In this document: piece after piece, positions 37,685 through 48,476 of the stretch
Position numbering within the stretch: position 1 is the first letter of the stretch
How the letters are laid out: every line of letters starts with the position of its first letter
DNA from: Alphaproteobacteria bacterium
GTDB lineage: Bacteria > Pseudomonadota > Alphaproteobacteria > Bin95
Length of the DNA stretch: 64,000 bases
Direction of reading: 5' to 3'
NCBI GenBank assembly: GCA_041687435.1
Contig: JAWLBX010000004.1
Location: 157,090 to 221,089 of the forward strand
Notes under the pieces: generated by a model
What the model saw: only the letters and a program-made list of their open reading frames with translations
What the model was told of the DNA's origin: nothing
Databases searched by the model: none
Program-made: the position numbers and the translations under genes

Positions 37685-38260
37685 TCAATGCCCGCGTTCG
37701 CCCAGACGCTGCATTTCCGCCAGCCAGCCCTGACGGGTCCGCGTGTCGGCCTCGCCCACCATGCCGTGGAGCGTTTCGCGCACCGGGCTGATGCCGCAGA
37801 ATTTCAGGATGTTGCGTTCCAGGCTTTTCAGGCTGTGGGCGCCGTAGTACCAGCGATAGGCCAGCGCCGGCATGCCCATCGTCACCACCACCCGCGCCGA
37901 CCGTCCCTTTAGCCGTCCCGCAGGCCATTTGCCGGTGTAGTCCATGGCAAAGTTGGGCCGCAGCGCCTGTTCCAGCAGCGCCTTCAACGCGGCGGGCATG
38001 GTGCCGAGCCATAGCGGATAGATCAGCACCCAATGCTCCGCCCACTCCATGGCCTCCTGGGTTTGGATTGCGGCGGGCGGCGGTGTTGTCTCGTGGAATT
38101 CGCCTTCGGAGCGGAGCAGCGGCAATTCCATGTTGCCGACCGCCAGGCTCCGCACCTCGTGGCCTCCGGCCTCCGCGCCTTCGGCATAGGCCGTTGCCAG
38201 CGCGTGGCAGAGCCGTTCGGGCGCAGGGTCCGGGTGCCCGTTCAGGACGAAAATACGCAT
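37685..38260 (-). CDS. NAD(P)H dehydrogenase (quinone) / flavodoxin-like FMN reductase
   Basis: 191 aa from MRIFVLNGHPDP (ATG 38258-38260, AAGGAG SD), a typical Flavodoxin_2 N-terminus. The longer overlapping ORFs on this strand are rejected. Confidence 0.8.
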   Translation of the reverse strand: MRIFVLNGHPDPAPERLCHALATAYAEGAEAGGHEVRSLAVGNMELPLLRSEGEFHETTPPPAAIQTQEAMEWAEHWVLIYPLWLGTMPAALKALLEQALRPNFAMDYTGKWPAGRLKGRSARVVVTMGMPALAYRWYYGAHSLKSLERNILKFCGISPVRETLHGMVGEADTRTRQGWLAEMQRLGERGH

Positions 38261-38411
38261 GGGGGAGGGCTCCTTGGCGTCCTGGGATCGATCTGACCGC
38301 CATATGGCATTCCCGCGCTGCCGTACAATGGAAGAGGTCTTGACCCGCTGGCACTCGCAGCCGACAACCGCAGCACGAAACAGCATCCGCGCAGGAAGGA
38401 TTGACAAGCCC

Positions 38412-40094
38412 ATGACCGCCCCCGCCCCCACCAACACCCGCACCGGCGGCCAGGTATTGGCCGATGCCCTTCGCGTGCACGGTGCAAACACCGCATTTTG
38501 CGTGGCCGGAGAGAGCTATCTGGCCCTGCTGGACGCGTTGCACGACCACAAGGACTTCAACCTATACACCTGCCGGCACGAAGGCGGCGCCGCGAACATG
38601 GCGGAGGCCTACGCCAAAGTGACCGGCAAGCCGGGCATCGTCATGGTGACGCGCGGGCCCGGCGCCTGCCATGGCAGCATCGGACTGCATACCGCCTATC
38701 AGGATTCCACTCCAATGGTCATGCTGATCGGCCAGGTGGCGCGCGACCAGTTCGACCGGGAAGCGTTTCAGGAAATCAACTATCGGGAGATGTTCGGCCA
38801 GGTGACCAAATGGGTCGCGCAGATCGAGGATGCAGAGCGCATTCCGGAATACATCGCCCGTGCCTTCCACACCGCCATGAGCGGCCGCCCCGGCCCCGTG
38901 GCGCTGGCCCTGCCGGAGGATATGCTGCGTGACCGGGTGGCGGTCAGCGACACGGCGCCTTACGCAGTTCACCGCGCCCACCCGAGCGCCCATGCAATGC
39001 AGACGCTGCGGGCGATGCTTTCCGAGGCGCAGAAGCCTTTGCTGCTGATCGGCGGCGGCGGTTGGGAACAGGGCGCCTGCGACGACATCCGCCAGTTTGC
39101 GGAGGCGAACAATCTGCCGGTGATGGCTTCGTTCCGCTGTCTGGATTTCATCGACCACGGTTCGGCCCAGTATGCCGGCGACCTCTCGACCAGCACCAAT
39201 CCGAAGCTGGCCCAAGCGGTGCGGGATTGCGACCTGCTGATCTGCGCCGGCGCGCGGCTGGGGGAGATCACGACCCAGGGCTACGCCCTGATCCAGCCGC
39301 CGAACCCGCACATGAAGCTGGTGCACGTGCACGGCAGTGCGGAGGAGTTGGGCAGTGTCTATCAGCCAGCCCTTGGCATTCAGGCCGGTCCGGAAGGCTT
39401 TGCCGCCGCTGCGGCTGCGATGGAGCCGGTCGCGAACCGCGCCTGGGATGCCTGGACGGCGGAGCGCCGGGCGGATTTCGTCGAATGGGCCAGCCCGCGC
39501 GAGTATGGCGGCAAGATCGACCTCGGCGCATGCATGGCGGCGATGCAGGAGCGGATGCAGCCGGATAGCGTCGTCACTGTCGATGCCGGCAACTTCTCCG
39601 GCTGGCCGATGCGTTTCCTGCGGTTCGGCCAGCGTCATACCTTCGCGGCTCCGACCTCCGGCGCGATGGGATATGCGGTGCCGGCGGCGGTCGGCGCGGC
39701 GCTGGCGCATCGCGAACGGCGGGTGTTCGCCTTTGTCGGCGACGGCGGCTTCATGATGACCGGTCAGGAATTGGCGACCGCCATGCATTACGGTGCCAAG
39801 CCGGTCATTCTGGTGTTCAACAATGGCATGTACGGCACGATCCGCATGCATCAGGCGCGCCATCACCCTGGGCGATATGTTGCGACGGACCTGCATAATC
39901 CGGATTTTGTTGCGCTGATGGCGGCTTATGGCGGCCACGGGGAATTGGTCGAAAAAACCGAAGATTTTGCGCCGGCGCTGGACCGGGCGCTTGCCAGCGG
40001 CAAGGCAGCCCTGATCGAGATCCGCCAGGATCCAGACGTGATTTCGACAACGACCACCCTCAGCAAAATGGAAACGGCCGCCAGGGCGGAGTAA
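38412..40094 (+). CDS. Thiamine pyrophosphate-dependent enzyme (acetolactate synthase large-subunit-like)
   Basis: 560 aa from MTAPAPTNT. Contains an N-terminal TPP pyrimidine-binding domain, a central domain, and a C-terminal TPP-binding GDGGF motif. Confidence 0.85.
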   Translation: MTAPAPTNTRTGGQVLADALRVHGANTAFCVAGESYLALLDALHDHKDFNLYTCRHEGGAANMAEAYAKVTGKPGIVMVTRGPGACHGSIGLHTAYQDSTPMVMLIGQVARDQFDREAFQEINYREMFGQVTKWVAQIEDAERIPEYIARAFHTAMSGRPGPVALALPEDMLRDRVAVSDTAPYAVHRAHPSAHAMQTLRAMLSEAQKPLLLIGGGGWEQGACDDIRQFAEANNLPVMASFRCLDFIDHGSAQYAGDLSTSTNPKLAQAVRDCDLLICAGARLGEITTQGYALIQPPNPHMKLVHVHGSAEELGSVYQPALGIQAGPEGFAAAAAAMEPVANRAWDAWTAERRADFVEWASPREYGGKIDLGACMAAMQERMQPDSVVTVDAGNFSGWPMRFLRFGQRHTFAAPTSGAMGYAVPAAVGAALAHRERRVFAFVGDGGFMMTGQELATAMHYGAKPVILVFNNGMYGTIRMHQARHHPGRYVATDLHNPDFVALMAAYGGHGELVEKTEDFAPALDRALASGKAALIEIRQDPDVISTTTTLSKMETAARAE

Positions 40095-40310
40095 GCGGCA
40101 AGGCTGCGGATTTCGGAAGCGGGATGGCAACGAGACACTTGCGCTTCCTGAAATCTGCGTTACTTTTAGAATGTCTGGGTGAATGCGGCCGTTGAGTCTG
40201 ATTTGCCCGGGCCGTTTCTTGACAAACAGTCAGCAACCCCACCCGCAGGACGCCCATTCCGGGCGCGCGGGCCGAACGAATGGAGATGCCACATCGCACG
40301 TGGATCTAAC

Positions 40311-40829
40311 ATGGCGCCGCCTGTAAAAGACGGGCCACGTGTAAATAACGAGATCACGGCGCGCTTGGTCCGCCTGGTCGATGCAGACGGAGAAATGCAG
40401 GGCGTGTACAAGGTCGACGACGCCTTGCGCGAAGCTGCGCGGGTCGGCCTTGACTTGGTCGAGGTGTCGCCGAATGCGGAGCCGCCCGTTTGTAAGATTC
40501 TCGATTACGGCCGCTACAAGTACGAGGCCCAGAAGAAAAAGAATGAGGCTCGGAAAAAGCAGAAGGTGATCGAGGTCAAGGAAATCAAACTGCGCCCGGC
40601 CATCGACCAGCACGATTACGAGGTCAAGATGAAGGCCGTGCGCAAATTCCTGGAGGAAGGTGACAAGGTCAAGGTGACCCTGCGCTTCCGCGGCCGAGAG
40701 ATGGCCCACCAGGATCTGGGCGCCAAGGTGCTGCAGCGCGTACGCGAGGAATTCGCTGAAGAGGTGAAGATCGAGCAGTCGCCGCGTCTGGAAGGTCGCC
40801 AGATGGTCATGGTGATGGCGCCGCGGTAA
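40311..40829 (+). CDS. infC: Translation initiation factor IF-3
   Basis: [28 protein letters not shown]... and C-terminal domain [19 protein letters not shown] are IF3. The start is taken as ATG 40311, though IF3 genes often use atypical starts. Confidence 0.9.
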   Translation: MAPPVKDGPRVNNEITARLVRLVDADGEMQGVYKVDDALREAARVGLDLVEVSPNAEPPVCKILDYGRYKYEAQKKKNEARKKQKVIEVKEIKLRPAIDQHDYEVKMKAVRKFLEEGDKVKVTLRFRGREMAHQDLGAKVLQRVREEFAEEVKIEQSPRLEGRQMVMVMAPR

Positions 40830-40884
40830 ATCTGGACAGGGAAAAACTGCGCAGCGGCAAGCCTGCTGCGTGGCCCTACTACCG

Positions 40885-40913
40885 GAGGCGGGCTAAGCTC
40901 GCCTCTTTTTGTT
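40885..40913 (+). terminator. Rho-independent terminator of infC
   Basis: GAGGCG-GGCTAAGCT-CGCCTC hairpin followed by TTTTTGTT. Confidence 0.7.
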
Positions 40914-41064
40914 GGTATCAATATCCGAATATCAATTCCGAAATAATCTGTTCACCCTCCGGCGGATAAAACCGTATCGAGGGGGGCCGTAAGCAGTTGG
41001 ATGCCTGAGAACCTTCAACCTAGCGGCATGAAGCTGATCATGGGCATATCATACGGCGGTCGCG

Positions 41065-43800
<2,736 letters not shown>

Positions 43801-43984
43801 GGCGGTCCTCGTGGGTAATTTCATGGATGACGGCTGCAGGATGTAAAGGCAACGCCCGGCGGGTTGGGAGCGAGCCCAGCAGCCCCGCATGGCACGCCGA
43901 AAGGCGCGTCAACGGATAGTGGCTGAGATAAGCGGGGCAAGTGCCGAAGTCAATTGCGGCCTAGCGACCGCCGGGCCGGTGACG

Positions 43985-44782
43985 CTAGCCTTGGGGTGGC
44001 ATCTCCGCCTGCCCTTTGGTCTGCCCCGCCTCGCCGGTTTCCAGTTGGGCTTTCAGGGTAGAAAGCAGGGGAAACAAGCCTGCCATGATTGCAATCAGCA
44101 GCCCATACCCGCCTTCACGGTAGCCTTTGCGTTGCACATAGCATTTGAAGAACCGTGTGAACAGGCGGCGAAGATCTCCTGGAATCGAGCCTTGAATACC
44201 TTGCTCGCGCATGTCGCGTGCGCGATTGGTAGTGTAGCGGTTCAGACGGGCGATCATATCGGCAATGTCCCGATCGACATAATGCAGCATCCGCCCTGTC
44301 AGGTCGGGGCCACGCTTGCCTTCGAAGCGTATTCCCGGATGGGTGCGGGCGGTGCCCCAGTGTTTTGCGCCCTTGCGGAACAGCCGCATCACGGCGCTGG
44401 AGCCGAACGAGCCGCCCCAGCCGTAGCGCACCAGCGTATTGCCCACATAGTTGTCGAACGGAACCAGGGCGAAATCAAAAGGCGGGTCGGTATCGCCGAT
44501 CTGGCGAAGTTCCCGGGCCAGTTCCGGCGAAATGCGCTCGTCCGCGTCCAATTCCAGAATCCAGTCGCTGGCAACCGCGTCGATGCCGGCATGCCGCCGT
44601 TCGCCTTCCAGGGGCCAAGCGCCCTCGATCACGTTGTCGGTGTATCGGTGCGCGACGGTGACAGTCTCGTCGGTGCAGCGGTCAGCCACTACGACGATTT
44701 CGTCGGCCCAGGCGGCGGTATCGAGGCATTCCGCAATCTGCTGCGCTTCATTGTGTGCGCAAAGAACCACTGCAATGCTCAT
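43985..44782 (-). CDS. Family 2 glycosyltransferase (LPS core type, WaaE/KdtX-like)
   Basis: MSIAVVLCAHNEAQQIAECL...ILELDADE GT2 DxD-containing N-terminus; 265 aa. Confidence 0.8.
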   Translation of the reverse strand: MSIAVVLCAHNEAQQIAECLDTAAWADEIVVVADRCTDETVTVAHRYTDNVIEGAWPLEGERRHAGIDAVASDWILELDADERISPELARELRQIGDTDPPFDFALVPFDNYVGNTLVRYGWGGSFGSSAVMRLFRKGAKHWGTARTHPGIRFEGKRGPDLTGRMLHYVDRDIADMIARLNRYTTNRARDMREQGIQGSIPGDLRRLFTRFFKCYVQRKGYREGGYGLLIAIMAGLFPLLSTLKAQLETGEAGQTKGQAEMPPQG

Positions 44783-45726
44783 GATGTTTGCTCCAAGAGC
44801 GCGCGGCAGGCGTCGGTAACAGCCGTTTCGCCGATTTCTCCCATCAGACTGCCAGTCGTATGCCGGTTATAGCCTGGCGCGCGGACAAATTCATCGACCG
44901 TTGTCGTGGTGCGCACGACGGTCGTGTGATCGCCCCATGGGGCATATTGCTCTGGCCGGGAAGGGCCGAACAGGCCGACGGTAGGGGTACCGACGGCGGC
45001 TGCCATGTGCATCAGGCCGGAATCGTTGCCGATATAGATCCGTGCCTCGGCAAGTGCGGCCGCAAGAACCGGCAAGGACCAGCCAAAGGCCGAGACGGTT
45101 GTGTGGCCGTGCAGAGCCTCGAACACCGGCTTGGCCATCTCCTCCTCCCCCGGCGCGCCGGCGATCAGGATGCAAGCGTTGGCCAGCGGCCCGCCTGGGG
45201 CGGTCAGGGCCTTGGCGACAGCGCCGAACCGTTCCGCGTGCCATTGCTTGCCGCGCCAATTGGCGGTGGGGCCGATGGCAAGCCACGGGCCCTCTGCACC
45301 GAGCCGGCGCCGGGCCTCGGTCATGTCCGCTTCGCTCCAGCACAGCCGCGGCGCCAAGGGTTCCAGCGCGCCCAAGGTCTCGGTCAGGTGCTTGACGCGG
45401 TGGCGCAGTGTGCGGTCCGGCTGCATGATGGAGCGGCGGCAGGTCAGCACGGTATAGGCAAAGGCAGAGCCACGCAGGTCGACGACATGGCTCCAGCGGT
45501 ACCGAATCGCCTTTAGCCAAAGATTGCGCCAGTGGCCGGCATAAGGCCGTTTCCTGACCGGCCAGACCTCCGCCACCTCGGGCATGGCCTCGAACAGCGG
45601 CGCCGGCAGGGGGCCACAGGCGACCGTCAGGCGGACACCCGGATAACGCGCAGCCAGATAGGGCACTGCACCTGTGGTGAGCACGGCGTCGCCGAGGCGG
45701 TTGGCGGTGATGAGCAGGGCGCGCAT
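44779..45726 (-). CDS. Lipopolysaccharide heptosyltransferase family (GT9)
   Basis: Start refined to MRALLITANRLGDAVL (ATG 45724-45726). GT9 motifs include IGNDSGLMHMAAAVGTPTVGLFGPS. Confidence 0.8.
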   Translation of the reverse strand: MRALLITANRLGDAVLTTGAVPYLAARYPGVRLTVACGPLPAPLFEAMPEVAEVWPVRKRPYAGHWRNLWLKAIRYRWSHVVDLRGSAFAYTVLTCRRSIMQPDRTLRHRVKHLTETLGALEPLAPRLCWSEADMTEARRRLGAEGPWLAIGPTANWRGKQWHAERFGAVAKALTAPGGPLANACILIAGAPGEEEMAKPVFEALHGHTTVSAFGWSLPVLAAALAEARIYIGNDSGLMHMAAAVGTPTVGLFGPSRPEQYAPWGDHTTVVRTTTTVDEFVRAPGYNRHTTGSLMGEIGETAVTDACRALLEQTS

Positions 45727-45818
45727 TGGTCCTAGACGATGGGGCTGGCGAAGATGCAAACGCGCCTCTATAGCAGCAACCTGACACCGGCCAACCCCAA
45801 ACCCGCCGGAGCCAGGAC

Positions 45819-46328
45819 TTGCCGCCGATGAGCACCGCCGCTGATTCTGCTGACGAAGCCGCCCTGACGGAAGCGATGGCCCCCTTGCTCGCCATTGATC
45901 CGGCGCAGCGGATTGCCACGCCGCCGCAGCGTCTGCCCTTGCCCGACGGGCGCGAGTGTCTGGTGCAGTGGCAGGCGGATTCGGACGGCGGCGATTGGAG
46001 CTTGGTGCTCCATGCCCGCGCGGTGGACGTGACCGACACGGCGACGCCGCTGGCAAGACTGGCCCTGCACCTGCGCGATGCCGAGCCGGCATCAGCCGTG
46101 TTCTGGGAGAATGCCGACCAGGCGTTCCGGGAATGGGTGCCGGCGCACCTGCCGGGCATTGTCCGGCAAATCGCTGGCGATCAGGCTGCCGAATTTGCTG
46201 CGGTCCGGCAGCGTGCGGGCCTTGCGGGGAACGTCGTTGGCAAGCTTAGCGGGCTGTTGCCGCACGTTGTCGTCCTCGGCGGCCTCGCGGCATTCGCCTA
46301 CATGTTCGGCATTGTTCACATCAAATGA
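45819..46328 (+). CDS. Hypothetical protein with C-terminal transmembrane anchor
   Basis: A TTG start at 45819 has a GGAG SD 7 nt upstream; ATG at 45828 is an alternative. The C-terminus LLPHVVVLGGLAAFAYMFGIV is hydrophobic; no family recognised. Confidence 0.45.
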   Translation: MPPMSTAADSADEAALTEAMAPLLAIDPAQRIATPPQRLPLPDGRECLVQWQADSDGGDWSLVLHARAVDVTDTATPLARLALHLRDAEPASAVFWENADQAFREWVPAHLPGIVRQIAGDQAAEFAAVRQRAGLAGNVVGKLSGLLPHVVVLGGLAAFAYMFGIVHIK

Positions 46329-46334
46329 GCCGCC

Positions 46335-46829
46335 TTAAAGCGTATCCAGCGCCTCATTGAGCAGCGTCATCGCCTCGGTGGCGAAGGCGAACATGTTGGC
46401 CTCGCGGTCATCGCTGGCGGTTTCCAGGGTACGGGCGGTACTCAATGCGCCGGAAATCGCGACGCAGGTATGCCCCGCGGCATCGCCATAACGGTTGCCG
46501 GTCGGGCCGGCCGCCCCGGTTTCTGCCAAGCCCCAGTCGGTCTTGACCCGCTCGCGCACCGTCTTGGCCAGCAGCGCGGCATAGGGTTCGGAGGAGGAAC
46601 GGATGCCTTCCAGATCGGCTCGCTCGATCCGCAGCAGGCCGTCACGGCTCCATTGCGAATAGGGAACGGCACCACCGCGCATGTAGGCGCTGGCACCGCT
46701 GACGCTCAGCAACGCGGCGGAGATGAGGCCGCCAGCGGATGTTTCGGAGACTGCGATCGTCTCGCCCCGCGCTTTGAGTTTGCCGCCGACTTCGGTGGCG
46801 AGGCGGGTGAGGTCGGTCCAATTGGCCAT
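46335..46829 (-). CDS. CinA C-terminal domain protein (PncC-like nicotinamide-nucleotide amidohydrolase)
   Basis: 164 aa with LATEVGGKLKARGETIAVSETSAGGLISAALLSVSGASAY, diagnostic of the CinA_C domain. Confidence 0.85.
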   Translation of the reverse strand: MANWTDLTRLATEVGGKLKARGETIAVSETSAGGLISAALLSVSGASAYMRGGAVPYSQWSRDGLLRIERADLEGIRSSSEPYAALLAKTVRERVKTDWGLAETGAAGPTGNRYGDAAGHTCVAISGALSTARTLETASDDREANMFAFATEAMTLLNEALDTL

Positions 46830-46865
46830 GGGGGCATGTCCTTCCAGGTGGGATTTTTTGAGAGC

Positions 46866-47390
46866 TTACGCTGCTTCCGCGTTGCGAAGCTTCAATTTGA
46901 GCCCAGCCACCTGGTAAATGTCCAGTTGTGTGATGTCGGCAATATCCTGAAGCGACAGACGGGTTTCCAGCAACAGGGTGCGCGCGAATTCCACCGGGTT
47001 GCGGCGGCGACGGCTGCGCGGCGCCTGGTAGACCTGGCGTGGCCGCTGCGGCTTGCCGTCGGGCTCTTCGTCCAGGCCGCGGGCCCTGGCATCGTGCCAG
47101 GCCTGCTCCCACTGCCGTTTGTCCGCCGCCCGCCGGGCTTCGGCCTCTCGAAAGCGATGGGCGGCTTCGCGTTGCGCTGCCTGCCAACGTTTCTCTGCTG
47201 GTGTCGGCTCAGGTTCCAGATCGACAGGGTTGCGTTGCGCCGCCTCGTCTAGTGTCATGCCGTGTTTGGCGACCAGCCGTTCGGCAGCGGCCAGCGCTGC
47301 CGACCGCTCGCCCTCGTAAGGGCTGTCGGCTGCCAGTTTCAGCAGGTTGTGGAAGCGCTCCTGCTCCTTCGGTGACAGTCGGGTGGAAAT
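46866..47390 (-). CDS. DUF2786-like N-terminal motif + sigma-70 region-4-like HTH protein; start ambiguous (canonical ATG at 47258, possible AUU start at 47390)
   Basis: The ORF from ATG 47258 encodes a C-terminal HTH LSLQDIADITQLDIYQVAGLKLKLRN. The same frame stays open upstream to a stop at 47421-47423 and encodes LSPKEQERFHNLLKLAADSPYEGERSAALAAAERLVAKHG, which resembles the DUF2786 motif. There is no ATG/GTG/TTG in this extension, but an ATT at 47388-47390 is preceded by GGAG with 9-nt spacing. Confidence 0.45.
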   Translation of the reverse strand: MSTRLSPKEQERFHNLLKLAADSPYEGERSAALAAAERLVAKHGMTLDEAAQRNPVDLEPEPTPAEKRWQAAQREAAHRFREAEARRAADKRQWEQAWHDARARGLDEEPDGKPQRPRQVYQAPRSRRRRNPVEFARTLLLETRLSLQDIADITQLDIYQVAGLKLKLRNAEAA

Positions 47391-47481
47391 CGCTCTTGGC
47401 TCCGGCGTAGCAATCGTAGATCACAAAGGCGCCACAATAACGGATTTGGCCGCTCATTGCGACAGCACTTCCGGGTGATGG

Positions 47482-48378
47482 CTAGATTCCCGGTACCATT
47501 CCCGCGGGCAGGCTGGCAATATGTGCGGCAATGTCGCCCGGCCGCGTTAGCCAGATGCGGTCGCGGTGCCTGTCGATATGGGCGAACACCCGTTTCAGCG
47601 CGCGCAGGCGGTAGGGTCGCCCCACCACGAACGGGTGCAGGCTGATCGGGCAAACGAGCGGGTATTTCGTCGATTGCTCCAGCATTTCGTCGAACTGATC
47701 GATCAGCATCTGGGCGAATTCCTCCGACGTGTACCGGAACCAGACGATGCCGCGGTTATCGTTGCATTCGATCGGGTAGGGCATGGACAGAATCTTGCCG
47801 CCGCGCGTCGCCATCCAGATCGGCTGATCATCCATGGTCCAGTCCATATGGTAGCGGTAACCTTCCTCCTGCAACAGATCGAGCGTGACGGGCGAGTTGG
47901 AAAGCCAGGGGCTCATCCAGCCGGTCGGGCGCTTGCCTTCATGCCGTGCGATCGTATCGGTGCAGGCGCGGATGAACGCGCGCTCCTCCTCTTCGGGCAG
48001 GCTGCATTGCTCGTCGGAATTGGTGTGGCCGTGGCCCAGAAACTCGTCGCCGCGGTCGCGGTGGCGTTTTGGGATGTCCGGGCATTCCTCATAGATCGCG
48101 GTATTGAGTTGCACTTCCGCCGGCAGGTCGTACCGGTCAAGCGCATCCATCAGTGTCCAGAAACCGACCCGGTTGCCGTAGTCGCGCCAGGAATAGACCG
48201 AATCGCTCACCGCCTGGTCCGGCGGCGCTATGGCCGCGCCCTTGCCGGTGCCATAGCGGAACACTTCCACATTGTTGGCGATATAGATCGCCAGCCGCGT
48301 GCCGTTCGGCCACTCGTAGGTCTTGCGCGTGTCGATGGAGGAGTAGGCGTAGCGGGCTTGGCGTTCGAACTGGGGCAT
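47482..48378 (-). CDS. Polysaccharide deacetylase family protein (PuuE-allantoinase-like / cyclic amide hydrolase candidate)
   Basis: 298 aa; deacetylase-fold motifs (divalent-metal His/Asp pattern ...HGHTNSDE..., PISLHPF). Adjacent to the amidase and D-carbamoylase genes. Confidence 0.75.
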   Translation of the reverse strand: MPQFERQARYAYSSIDTRKTYEWPNGTRLAIYIANNVEVFRYGTGKGAAIAPPDQAVSDSVYSWRDYGNRVGFWTLMDALDRYDLPAEVQLNTAIYEECPDIPKRHRDRGDEFLGHGHTNSDEQCSLPEEEERAFIRACTDTIARHEGKRPTGWMSPWLSNSPVTLDLLQEEGYRYHMDWTMDDQPIWMATRGGKILSMPYPIECNDNRGIVWFRYTSEEFAQMLIDQFDEMLEQSTKYPLVCPISLHPFVVGRPYRLRALKRVFAHIDRHRDRIWLTRPGDIAAHIASLPAGMVPGI

Positions 48379-48476
48379 GGGCAGGTTCCGACTTCATGTT
48401 TCACCCAGAGCCTGTCGAAAGGTGAGCGTGCCACGATGAAAGACACCCTTCGACAGGCTCAGGGTGAGAGGGGAAT

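Noticed and set aside
37665-38549. 294-aa minus-strand ORF, and the N-terminal 77 codons of ORF 37685..38491
   Set aside because: The 294-aa ORF is an alternative frame over the flavodoxin-like NAD(P)H dehydrogenase gene. The real protein starts at MRIFVLNGHPDP with a good SD, and the upstream residues are Cys/Arg-rich with no family resemblance.
38562-40130. 522-aa minus-strand ORF
   Set aside because: It is antisense to the TPP-dependent enzyme (38412-40094), which has a clear GDGGF TPP-binding motif. This is a shadow ORF.
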